NCBI GenBank assembly: GCA_964436545.1
Contig: CAYTCJ010000001.1
Span: 142,392-206,391 of the forward strand
Direction: 5' to 3'
Source: an uncultured Candidatus Saccharibacteria bacterium
GTDB taxonomy: Bacteria; Patescibacteriota; Doudnabacteria; UBA920
DNA length: 64,000 nucleotides
Shown here: positions 34,557 to 43,559 of the stretch, piece after piece
Layout of the letters: each line of letters begins with the position of its first letter
Position numbering within the stretch: the first letter of the stretch is position 1
Notes under the pieces: generated by a model
What the model was told of the DNA's origin: nothing
Databases searched by the model: none
Seen by the model: only the letters and a program-made list of their open reading frames with translations
Program-made: the position numbers and the translations under genes

Positions 34557-34663
34557 AAAGAACTATTTTAAGAAAAAAATTAATATAAAAATGTTAAAGC
34601 CCGAACGAGTCCTCCTAGGTTCGTTCGGGCTTTTGGGTTTGTGGGAGGTATTTCAACCCCCCG

Positions 34664-35281
34664 TTATAATACAACCACCTCGAACGAGAATCGTTCGGGG
34701 GGCAAATCGTGGTGCGGGGGCGGGGACATCGTCTCCCACGACCGAAAGGCCGTGGCAGACAGTGTCTGCCCCATAAAAAACAAAAAGTTGTCGGAGACGC
34801 AATTTAGTGGAAGGGGTTGCCGGAATGCCAGCCGGAGGCCTACGGCCTCCAAAAGTTCAGCCTCGGGCCGAACTCCTTTGTCCGCCAAGAGGCGAACAAA
34901 GCTAGATCTGCCCGCGTGGGGCCATATATCCGGCGCGAGGCAGGGCTTAAGCACCGGCGTGCGTGCAAATACCTCCTCGCAGTTTACCATCCACGTTTGG
35001 ATGGCGTTGCCCCAATGCCACGCTCGCACAACCGCGAGGTGGCGCTCCACTACATTGAGCGCGAAGTCAAACTTCCGACGCTCAATTGCGCCTTCTCCTG
35101 CCACCAAGTCCAGTGGGGTGGTTGGGACGAGGTCGTCCTTTTCCACTACTTGCTGGGCGAGCGACAGGAGGTGGTCCTTGCGCGGGGGGTTTCCGCCGTT
35201 ATGGACCAATAACGGCGGAAGCTCAAACTTTTTTTCTCCGGGAAGTTCAAGAAAAACCCGGTCGCCGATTTGAGTCGGCAT
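34664..35281 (-). CDS. orphan GC-rich hypothetical protein (205 aa), likely horizontally acquired
   Basis: ATG at 35281 is preceded by AGGAGG (35292-35297) and a TTGCCA-18-TATAAT promoter. Hand tally shows GC enrichment at third codon positions of this frame. No family recognised. Confidence 0.45.
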   Translation of the reverse strand: MPTQIGDRVFLELPGEKKFELPPLLVHNGGNPPRKDHLLSLAQQVVEKDDLVPTTPLDLVAGEGAIERRKFDFALNVVERHLAVVRAWHWGNAIQTWMVNCEEVFARTPVLKPCLAPDIWPHAGRSSFVRLLADKGVRPEAELLEAVGLRLAFRQPLPLNCVSDNFLFFMGQTLSATAFRSWETMSPPPHHDLPPERFSFEVVVL

Positions 35282-35323
35282 TTTTTTTATACCTCCTATT
35301 TGATTTAGTACTGCAAGGTTTTG

Positions 35324-35353
35324 ATTATATAATTTATTCCTAATACTTGGCAA
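35324..35353 (-). promoter_or_regulatory. promoter TTGCCA-18-TATAAT for the GC-rich ORF
   Basis: Complement of 35348-35353 is TTGCCA; complement of 35324-35329 is TATAAT. Confidence 0.5.
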
Positions 35354-35428
35354 ATTTTTGGTTTTGAGGAATTTATGTTATAATTTTAAAACCTTTTTAA
35401 GATTTTTGCGTATCAATTAAGTGGATAG

Positions 35429-35607
35429 CACCTTCACCCCCACCTAGTGTTATGCTTTGAATTACAGAACTAAACTCTTTTGTCATTCCGGCCCCGAGCC
35501 GGAATCTATGGCTTGATAAATAAGAGAATGTTAGATCCTGAAACAAGTTCAGAATGACAGTAAAAGGACGTCTGTAATTCAAAGTCTTATGGATGGAGGG
35601 AGAGGGG
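35429..35607. repeat. roughly 180-bp nested long-hairpin element, an ORF-less relative of the GIY-YIG element arms
   Basis: Nested inverted repeats: CTTTGAATTACAGA/TCTGTAATTCAAAG (35455-35468 with 35571-35584) and TGTCATTC/GAATGACA (35481-35488 with 35552-35559), plus GC-rich outer arms. Confidence 0.7.
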
Positions 35608-35617
35608 AAAACTAAAA

Positions 35618-36340
35618 ATGAAAAAATTATCTGTAATTATTCCGGCCTATAACGAAGCGCAGAGAATAGAAAAAACTTTGCTTTCTGTGAGTGAGTTTTT
35701 AAAACAACAGACCTATGAAAGCGAGATTTTAGTCGTGAGTGATGGGAGTAAAGATGAAACAGAAGTTGTAGTTCGTCGTTTAGAGAATCAGATACCAAAT
35801 TTATCTATCATCCCCAATAAAGCCAATCACGGGAAAGGCTGGGTGGTAAAGCAAGGGATGCTAAAAGCCAGTGGGGATGTAAGAGTATTTATGGATGCGG
35901 ATAATTCCACTAAAATTGAGGAAATTAGCCAATTTATTCCGTTGTTGGAGCAAGGGTTTAGTGTGGTAATTGGTTCTCGCCGAACAGAAGGTGCCAAAAT
36001 TGCCAAACACCAAGGCTTAATTAGGGATTTTTTAGGCGGAGTTTTTCGGCTCATTGTCCATACTTTAGTGCCTTTGGGCGTAACCGATTCTCAGTGTGGT
36101 TTTAAGGCCTTTACCGCCACTTCGGCAGAAATGATTTTTCCGAAACAAAAAATTTTTCGCTGGGCCTTTGATGTGGAAATTTTAGCCATTGCCAAACAAT
36201 TAAAGTTTAAAATCAAAGAGTTGCCCATTACTTGGGTAAACGATGGTGAAAGTCATGTAAAGCTGGGCGGAATGGTGAATATGCTGTGGGAAATTGTGCA
36301 AATTAGAATTAATTTATGGCTGGGAAAATATGAAAAATAA
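35618..36340 (+). CDS. family 2 glycosyltransferase (polyprenol-phosphate sugar synthase-like)
   Basis: SVIIPAYNE, VSDGSKD and DADNS motifs. Confidence 0.88.
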   Translation: MKKLSVIIPAYNEAQRIEKTLLSVSEFLKQQTYESEILVVSDGSKDETEVVVRRLENQIPNLSIIPNKANHGKGWVVKQGMLKASGDVRVFMDADNSTKIEEISQFIPLLEQGFSVVIGSRRTEGAKIAKHQGLIRDFLGGVFRLIVHTLVPLGVTDSQCGFKAFTATSAEMIFPKQKIFRWAFDVEILAIAKQLKFKIKELPITWVNDGESHVKLGGMVNMLWEIVQIRINLWLGKYEK

Positions 36341-37976
36341 TTTTCAATTTTCAATTTTCAATTTTCCAATTAAGGTTTTTTTAGCCTTATGTGCTTTTTT
36401 TGTGTTGTCACAAAATGTTTTTGCTTACCAAGTGGGGATAAACCAAATTGTGTTAAACGATCCGGGTTATACCCAAAATGCTAACGATGTAGACAAGTCT
36501 TGGGGGTTGGTAAAAACCGCAGTCTTGCCGGTGTGGGAAAAAAATATCGGTTCTAAAGAAGTGGTAGTGGCAATTATAGATACCGGTGTAGACGCGACGC
36601 ACGAAGATTTGCAAAGTATCAATTGGGTAGAGGGCTTTGATGTATTAAACAGAAAATTAATTACCGGAAAAATCAATTCCGATGATAACGGCCACGGCAC
36701 ATTGATTGCCGGAGTAATTGGCGCCACGCCCAATAATTTAGTAGGGATTGCCGGTGTGGCTTGGCAAGTTTCCCTTATGCCCATTAAGGCTTTAGATGCC
36801 AAAGGTAAAGGGGATACGGCTAAAGTGGCAGAAGCGATTATTTGGGCAGTGGACCACGGCGCGCAAATAATTAATTTGTCAGTCGGGGGGATTGGTTTTG
36901 GGCGGGATAAGATTTTATCGGAAGCCATTACTTACGCGTATAGAAAGAATGTGGTGATTGTGGCAGCCGTGGGGAATGATTCCACCACCACTGCGGTAAA
37001 TTTGGACGAACAACCCGTGTATCCGGCTTGCGAAGATAACGGAGAAAATATGGTAATTGGCGTAAGCGCCATTGACCAGAACGATTTAAAACCCGAATTT
37101 GCCAACTTTGGAAAAAATTGTGTAGATGTGGTGGCGCCCGGCAAACGCATTTTATCTACAATTAACCACGACCCGGTTACACATAATTATTCGCCCAATG
37201 CCTATGCTTATGCTTCGGGTTCGTCTTTGGCTACGCCATTTGTAACCGGACAAGCAGTGCTTATTAAATCCGCTTTTCCTTATGCCACCAATGCGCAAAT
37301 TAGAGAGAGAATTTTAATGACTGCGGATAAAGTTGATATGCTGAATTTGTCCCAGTGTTTGGGCAGGTTATGCGCCGGGCTTTTAGGGCAGGGAAGAATT
37401 AACGTTAAAAATAGTTTGGATACGCAAATTTTACAAACCGCTTTTTTGGAAGGGGATTTGTTAAGATCCACTCAAACCGGCAATGTGTATTTTTACACTG
37501 CGGGGAAAAGAATGTTAGTGTCCAGTTTTGTGTATAACCAAAGGTTTTTAGGTTTATTTGTTAAAAATTTGCCCGAAGAACAACTTACCCCGATTCCCGA
37601 AGGCCCTTACGCTTTGCCGGCGGAAAACACTTTGGTTAAAGCAGAAAAAGATAAAACCGTTTACCTCATTAAAAATAACCAAAAATTACCCGTTTCAGCC
37701 AAAGTGTTTGCTCAAAGAGGGTTTAAGTTTTCCCAAATTCAAGTGGTGAGTTTTGCCGAATTAAACTCTTGGGTGCCGGGAAATTTTTTGGCGCCAATAG
37801 ATGGCACCATAGTTAAAAGTCTAAATGGCAAGCAAACGTTTTGGACTTTAAACGAAACCTTAAGGCCCATTAATCAACAATTTATTAAAGCTCGGGGTTT
37901 GGGCGGTTTTCCCAAATTGGTTTTTAGCGACAAAGAGCTTACCGGCTTTGCCAAAGGTGAGTCACTAATTAAGTAA
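36330..37976 (+). CDS. secreted subtilisin-like serine protease (S8) with C-terminal repeat modules
   Basis: Catalytic triad motifs IIDTGVD, NGHGTLIAG and SGSSLATPFV. Signal peptide. Start set at the ATG at 36330, which overlaps the previous stop. Confidence 0.9.
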   Translation: MKNNFQFSIFNFPIKVFLALCAFFVLSQNVFAYQVGINQIVLNDPGYTQNANDVDKSWGLVKTAVLPVWEKNIGSKEVVVAIIDTGVDATHEDLQSINWVEGFDVLNRKLITGKINSDDNGHGTLIAGVIGATPNNLVGIAGVAWQVSLMPIKALDAKGKGDTAKVAEAIIWAVDHGAQIINLSVGGIGFGRDKILSEAITYAYRKNVVIVAAVGNDSTTTAVNLDEQPVYPACEDNGENMVIGVSAIDQNDLKPEFANFGKNCVDVVAPGKRILSTINHDPVTHNYSPNAYAYASGSSLATPFVTGQAVLIKSAFPYATNAQIRERILMTADKVDMLNLSQCLGRLCAGLLGQGRINVKNSLDTQILQTAFLEGDLLRSTQTGNVYFYTAGKRMLVSSFVYNQRFLGLFVKNLPEEQLTPIPEGPYALPAENTLVKAEKDKTVYLIKNNQKLPVSAKVFAQRGFKFSQIQVVSFAELNSWVPGNFLAPIDGTIVKSLNGKQTFWTLNETLRPINQQFIKARGLGGFPKLVFSDKELTGFAKGESLIK

Positions 37977-38033
37977 TTTCCAATTTTTAATTTCTAATTT
38001 TTAATAAGGGATTAGTACTAAAAAAATAAACAC

Positions 38034-39881
38034 ATGTTAAGTAAAAAAATATTTAACTTCATATTAATTTTAGTAATTTGCATTTTACCTGTAGTTAGTT
38101 TTGCGCAAATTGACACGGGTTTTAACCCGAATAAGTTAATTGATGATGCCATTTTTGCCGATACACAAACTTTTGGCGGACCGGAAGGCATACAAAAATT
38201 TTTGGAAATTAAAAATTCCATTTTAGCCAACACCAACCCGGCTTTTTTAGCGATGTTAAAAGAACCCGATTCCGTTGAGCTTAAGACCGCGTTAGAAGAT
38301 CCGAACCCAAACTTAGGCCGGTTAAGGACAGCAGCCGAGTTAATTTGGGATGCCAGTCGGCATAGCGGGCTAAATCCGCAAGTGATTTTGGTAACTTTGC
38401 AAAAAGAACAGGGTTTAATTACCAATCATCAAAATTCGCCTACCGATAAACTCCAAAAAGTTTTAGATAAGGCTATGGGTTTTAATTGCCCCGATGGTGG
38501 CGGGTGTGGTAATTTATTCCCAGGTTTTTATTACCAGTTATTCGGCAATTTCGATTCCGCCAATAACCGTTATTTGGGCGCTACCAAGTCCTTAATTAAG
38601 TCTTTTTCCTATCCGGAAGGTCGGGGGCCTTTGGTAAATGGCAGTGTGTCTAAGGTTGGGCAAAATATTAGTTTAGAAAATATTACTTCTAATCCTGACG
38701 CGCCCAAAGAGCAAGTGGTGAATTTGGGCAACCGCGCCACTGCCGCACTGTACCGTTATACGCCTCATGTATTTAACGGTAACTATAATTTTTGGCGATT
38801 TTTTCAAGAATGGTTTAGGTACCCGAATGGCACTTTGTTAACTTTAAACGGCGACAATCGTTTATACATTATTCAAAACGGCACCAAACAAATTGTGCCG
38901 GAGTTTGTGGTTAAAGCCAGAAATTTAGATGTGACTAAAAAAATTATCGCTTCGCCCAACGAGCTATCTACTTATCCGGAAGATAAAATTTTTGGTCCGG
39001 CCGACAACACAGTGGTTAAAGCCGAAGGTGATAATAAACTCTATGTGTTTATCAAAAACATTAAACACCCGGTTTCGGAATTTGTGTTAAGCCAAAGAAA
39101 TTTAAGCACCGGCACAGTCTTGGGTATTACGGCGGGCGAAAGTCAGTTGTTTGAACAAGGTCCGGTACTGCCACCTTCTAACGGGACCATTTTAAGAGGT
39201 GAAGTAAATAAAAGTGTGTATGTAGTGGAAAATAGCACTTTAAAATTATTTTCCGATTTTACCTTTAAACAAAGAAAAGTGGCCGGCAAAAATGTAATTG
39301 TGGTGCCGGATGCGGAAATTGATACTTACCAAAAAATGGGTTTTGTGGCCCCCTTAGACGGCAGTTTGGTAAAAGCCAATGGGAGCCAAACCGTGTATTT
39401 AATTGAACAAGGTTTAAAGCATCCTATTTCAGCCGAGTTATTTAAAAATCGGGGTTTTAAAGCAAAAGAGATTGCTGTAATTTCTAAAGACGAAGTGGAC
39501 TCTTTAAGTATTGGCGCTTATGCACACCCGAAAAATATGACTTGGCTTAAAAATAGCCAAACCGGAGAATTGTATTTATTTAAGGAAGGAGCTTTGCACG
39601 CCATTTCCAAGTTTGTGGCCAAACAAAGGGGTATTACTCCGGATTTTGCTTTTAGCTCGGGAGAAATACAGGAATGGCCCATGGGTATAAGCGTGGCACC
39701 CAAAGACGGGACTTTAATTAGCGGGAGCGAATCTAAAACCGTTTACTTAGTTAGTAAATCACAGTTAAGACCGCTTACTGCCACGGCTTTTAAGAAACGC
39801 AAACTCAATTTTAAAAATGTAGTTAAACTGCCTCAAGATGAAGTTGACGCTTATGCTAAAGGCGAGGTATTGAATAAATAA
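38034..39881 (+). CDS. secreted protein with about six 60-65-aa repeat modules shared with the S8 protease C-terminus
   Basis: Signal peptide. Repeated pattern DG(T/S)L(V/I)K...(T/S)VY(L/V)(I/V)...K(H/R)P(I/V)...F...G(F)... Confidence 0.75.
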   Translation: MLSKKIFNFILILVICILPVVSFAQIDTGFNPNKLIDDAIFADTQTFGGPEGIQKFLEIKNSILANTNPAFLAMLKEPDSVELKTALEDPNPNLGRLRTAAELIWDASRHSGLNPQVILVTLQKEQGLITNHQNSPTDKLQKVLDKAMGFNCPDGGGCGNLFPGFYYQLFGNFDSANNRYLGATKSLIKSFSYPEGRGPLVNGSVSKVGQNISLENITSNPDAPKEQVVNLGNRATAALYRYTPHVFNGNYNFWRFFQEWFRYPNGTLLTLNGDNRLYIIQNGTKQIVPEFVVKARNLDVTKKIIASPNELSTYPEDKIFGPADNTVVKAEGDNKLYVFIKNIKHPVSEFVLSQRNLSTGTVLGITAGESQLFEQGPVLPPSNGTILRGEVNKSVYVVENSTLKLFSDFTFKQRKVAGKNVIVVPDAEIDTYQKMGFVAPLDGSLVKANGSQTVYLIEQGLKHPISAELFKNRGFKAKEIAVISKDEVDSLSIGAYAHPKNMTWLKNSQTGELYLFKEGALHAISKFVAKQRGITPDFAFSSGEIQEWPMGISVAPKDGTLISGSESKTVYLVSKSQLRPLTATAFKKRKLNFKNVVKLPQDEVDAYAKGEVLNK

Positions 39882-39884
39882 ACT

Positions 39885-41336
39885 ATGGGTTTAGTTTTTC
39901 AAAATATTTTTTGGCTTACAGCTTCAAGGGCAATTGCCCTTGTTTTGCTGTTTTTAGCTTATACTCAATTATTTAGATATTTAGGACCTTTTGGCAACGG
40001 ACAATACCAATTTGTGTTGTCTTATGTTTTAATTTTTTCCACGGTGGTGGATTTTGGCGTTCAGCAATTCATTACCAAAAAAATTACCGAAGAGCCGGAG
40101 AAAACCACGGAATATTTTAAGAGTTTTTTTAAATTTGAAATTTTGGCTTCCGGATTTTTATTTGTCCTGTTAATGAGTATTGCTTACTTAAAGGCTTTTG
40201 AAGCCCCATTAATTTCCGCTATTTGGGTTACGGGTTTGGGAATGGTAGTTAATGGTTTATGCTATCCGTATTTGGCAGTGTTAACCGCCAAGCAAGATTT
40301 AAAAAAAGTGGCAATCATCAATTTTTTAAATTCCTTGGTTAATGTAAGTGTGATTTTTCTGGCGATTTGGCTAAAAAAATACATAGTTTTTTTAGCCAGC
40401 ATCCAACTGATTTTTGGCTTAATGGATTGGGTGTTGTATAGGATGTTTGTAAAAAAATATTTATCAACCCCCCCTACCCCCCCTTTAGACAAAGGGGGGG
40501 AGGAAGATCGTGCTTTAGACAAAGTTGATAAGTTAGGGGGGGCTGTTGTAATTTTAAATATTCTTAAATCTGCGTGGCCTTTTGCTTTACTGGTCGGTTT
40601 TAGCGCAATTTACAACCGCATTGACGTAGTGATAATTACCGGCATGCTCGGGTTTGCGCAAACCGGAATTTACACTTCGGCCTATAAGTTTTTTGATTTG
40701 CTCAATTTTTTCCCCGCTTCGGTGTCGCACGCGCTTTTTCCCGCGTTGTCCGGCTTTATGGCCACAGGTAAAATTGCCGAGGTAAAAATCACTTTGGAAA
40801 AATATTTAAGACTTATGATAGCTATTGCTGTGCCTATGGCTGTGGGTGGAGCTATTTTATCAGGACAATTAATTTTACTCGTGGCCGGAGAACGGTTTTT
40901 GGAAGCGGGTAAAATTTTAGCGATTCTCATTTGGGCCATAGCAATACTATTTATTTATATTCCTGTAAATTCTTTAGTAATTTCTCAGTTAACCAAAAAA
41001 GCAGTTGTGATTACCGGAGTAAATGTTATACTGAATATTGTGGGGAATATAGTCTTGTTGCCCATTTATGGGATTAAGGGTTCGGCAATAATGACAGTGG
41101 TTAGCGAGTTAGTCCAAGGTGGTTTTTATTTTTATTTGGTTAAAAAAAATATTACGGATTTCGCTTTTTTCTCTCTGCTGTGGAAACCCGCTTTGGCCAG
41201 TGCGATTATGGGTGTAATGGTTTGGCAAGTTAGAGAAGTAAATTTATTAACGGGTGTTTTTCTTGGGGTGGTAAGTTACACAGTAAGTTTGTATTTACTT
41301 AAGTTTTTTAAGGAAATTAATATAAAATTTTTTTAA
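39885..41336 (+). CDS. polysaccharide flippase (MOP/Wzx-type)
   Basis: 483 aa with about 12-14 TM segments; Wzx-like N-terminus; sits in the glycan cluster. Confidence 0.75.
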   Translation: MGLVFQNIFWLTASRAIALVLLFLAYTQLFRYLGPFGNGQYQFVLSYVLIFSTVVDFGVQQFITKKITEEPEKTTEYFKSFFKFEILASGFLFVLLMSIAYLKAFEAPLISAIWVTGLGMVVNGLCYPYLAVLTAKQDLKKVAIINFLNSLVNVSVIFLAIWLKKYIVFLASIQLIFGLMDWVLYRMFVKKYLSTPPTPPLDKGGEEDRALDKVDKLGGAVVILNILKSAWPFALLVGFSAIYNRIDVVIITGMLGFAQTGIYTSAYKFFDLLNFFPASVSHALFPALSGFMATGKIAEVKITLEKYLRLMIAIAVPMAVGGAILSGQLILLVAGERFLEAGKILAILIWAIAILFIYIPVNSLVISQLTKKAVVITGVNVILNIVGNIVLLPIYGIKGSAIMTVVSELVQGGFYFYLVKKNITDFAFFSLLWKPALASAIMGVMVWQVREVNLLTGVFLGVVSYTVSLYLLKFFKEINIKFF

Positions 41337-41351
41337 TAGGAATATATTTTT

Positions 41352-43106
41352 ATGCCTGACGGAAACAAAAAACCACAAATAGAACGATTAGGACTTGAAT
41401 CAGCCATTGGGGCTTCGTTATTGTCTGAAAGAGCCGAAGCACAGTCATTTGATGTAGAGAAGATGAAGAGAACATTGCAAAACGATCCATTTTATTTTGA
41501 AGGACATGAAGAAGAAATTAATTTTGAAACGGATGATAAAATTACCCCAGAAATACAAAATTTTGTAAAACAGTTAATTAGTTTACAAAATAGAATTTTT
41601 GATGTTGCTATCACCAACAAACCATCAATAAACAGCCTTGATAAAAAAGGTAGCTTTAACATTAATATGACGGCTTTAGAAAGCTTATGCAAAGAAATTT
41701 TTACACTTATTACTAGACAAATGCAAATAAATTTGTCTTTTTCTCGTGACAATTATAATTACTTATTTCTGTATGAATTACCTAAATATTTGTCGAAATT
41801 TGGCATCGTAATTTACGATACAATCTTTAGAATTGATGATGGTACGGCGAATGGTCTTGGGTCAGCATATCCTTTTGCATTATTTTTTGGAGTGGAGGGC
41901 AAAAGGATTGAGTCAGCAGATGGGTGGAATAGAACAATCGAGACCCCAGTTTTAAATGTTCGGCCAGTTCCTGAATTTGGGGAGCAAAAAAGCTCGCAAT
42001 TTGTTGGAGTAAACAATCAATTTGCGAATGGAAATGTTATGCTACTTAATCGTTCTGACGAAATAACAGCTTCTCAAAGGGAAAAAAACAAAGCTCTCTT
42101 TGAGAACCTATTAAAGAGTGATGAATCAAGTTATTTAGATCTTGTCCGACAAAGTAATGATCCAATAACTCAAGCAACTTTACTGGCCTCAGCACAAATT
42201 TTAAAACGAAACGGTGGCGTTGATTTTATATTTTCAGATGCCACAGATAGAATAAAATTACATGAAATCGGTCATATGATATTTAACCGTGATTCAAAAG
42301 ATCTATCGAAGCATAAAGCACCAACTACCAAAGGCGAATTTTTAATAAACCCACTTAATCTAAATGTCCAAATTCACAGAGAAATTGGTGCCATTTTATA
42401 TGAAATGAAGAAAGTTAAAAATAAGGATAAAGTGTTCTTATTATTTCTTAAATTTATTCGAAGTGGGGTTTTAAAGGGTAGAGTTTTTCAAGATTTTGAG
42501 CATGATGAAGCTGTAAATTGGGTTTTTGATAGAATGGTTAATTTAATTAAACGGGATCCTTTTAAGTATGGTATGGAAATTGATTTTGAAAGTCCGGTGT
42601 CTCATGAAAATCAAATAATTATGCAGTTGGCAAAAATTTCAGCCAATCCAAAATGGGTGGAAGAATTAGTTGATGAAATTCACGAAATACATTTACAAAA
42701 TTTACAGCAAGGATTTTTGGCTAAATATTATCGAAGTCAAGATTTGCCTATGCCGGCAGGGGTGGTGGATAAGCCCATTGTAGAAACTGTTTATGAAGTA
42801 AAAAAGCCATTTCCAGTTGTAGAGATTGGTGTTGGAGCTCTTGCAGTAGGTGGAATGGTTGCCGGCGGAATTGCTTTAAATAAATGGGGAGTTAGAAAAG
42901 AATTAGTCCGTTTAGAAGAGAGATTACCAGACTTAATCAGAAAAAGAGTACATAAAAAGTATAATGTAAATGAGCTTGTAAATAACTTACAGTTTGGTGC
43001 TTCCAAAGAAAATTTAGATTTACAAAGAAGGCAAGGCGCAATTGCTGAACTTAGAAGAATTAAAGTTGATGAAAAGATTATTGCTTATTTAGAAAAACAT
43101 TTATAG
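41352..43106 (+). CDS. orphan 584-aa protein with HExxH motif and a C-terminal TM segment
   Basis: LHEIGHMIF motif; hydrophobic VVEIGVGALAVGGMVAGGIAL; no family recognised; visibly more AT-rich than its neighbours. Confidence 0.6.
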   Translation: MPDGNKKPQIERLGLESAIGASLLSERAEAQSFDVEKMKRTLQNDPFYFEGHEEEINFETDDKITPEIQNFVKQLISLQNRIFDVAITNKPSINSLDKKGSFNINMTALESLCKEIFTLITRQMQINLSFSRDNYNYLFLYELPKYLSKFGIVIYDTIFRIDDGTANGLGSAYPFALFFGVEGKRIESADGWNRTIETPVLNVRPVPEFGEQKSSQFVGVNNQFANGNVMLLNRSDEITASQREKNKALFENLLKSDESSYLDLVRQSNDPITQATLLASAQILKRNGGVDFIFSDATDRIKLHEIGHMIFNRDSKDLSKHKAPTTKGEFLINPLNLNVQIHREIGAILYEMKKVKNKDKVFLLFLKFIRSGVLKGRVFQDFEHDEAVNWVFDRMVNLIKRDPFKYGMEIDFESPVSHENQIIMQLAKISANPKWVEELVDEIHEIHLQNLQQGFLAKYYRSQDLPMPAGVVDKPIVETVYEVKKPFPVVEIGVGALAVGGMVAGGIALNKWGVRKELVRLEERLPDLIRKRVHKKYNVNELVNNLQFGASKENLDLQRRQGAIAELRRIKVDEKIIAYLEKHL

Positions 43107-43124
43107 ATTTTAGATTTCTAACCC

Positions 43125-43559
43125 ATGCTACATAATTCTAAAACCCGCATTATGGTTTTTGGCACTTTTGACATTTTGCATAAAGGCCACTTGAATTTTT
43201 TTAAACAAGCAAGGGGCTTATCTAACAATCCATTTTTAATTGTAAGCGTGGCGAGGGATAGAAATGTAAAAAAAATTAAAGGCCACAAACCCGCAAACAG
43301 CGAGCAAACCAGATTAAAATTTGTGGCATTGTCGGATTTGGTTAATAAAGCTGTTTTGGGCGGGGTTAAAAACCATTTACCGCATATTTTAAAAGCAAAG
43401 CCAAGCATTATTGCTTTAGGTTATGACCAAACGGTATATGTAAAAAATTTAAAACAAGATTTAACAAAAGCGGGTTTAAATGTTAAAGTGAAACGGTTAA
43501 AAGCTTTTAAACCGCATTTGTACAAATCATCTAAACTAAATTTCCGGAATACTAAATGA
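43125..43559 (+). CDS. cytidylyltransferase-like nucleotidyltransferase (HxGH family)
   Basis: FGTFDILHKGH motif typical of the glycerol-3-phosphate cytidylyltransferase / RibL-like family. Confidence 0.75.
   Translation: MLHNSKTRIMVFGTFDILHKGHLNFFKQARGLSNNPFLIVSVARDRNVKKIKGHKPANSEQTRLKFVALSDLVNKAVLGGVKNHLPHILKAKPSIIALGYDQTVYVKNLKQDLTKAGLNVKVKRLKAFKPHLYKSSKLNFRNTK

Noticed and set aside
34641-35343. Plus-strand ORFs in the GC-rich island (34641-35273, 34817-35212, 35086-35343).
   Set aside because: The products are Arg/Ser/Gly-rich and typical of antisense GC-rich DNA. They lack an RBS or promoter, and the codon-position GC pattern favours the minus-strand frame. The coding status of the whole island remains uncertain.
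34509-35392. AATTTTAAAA on both sides of the GC-rich island as possible att-type direct repeats.
   Set aside because: A 10-nt A/T word is expected by chance in this AT-rich DNA. There is no integrase or tRNA at the boundary.
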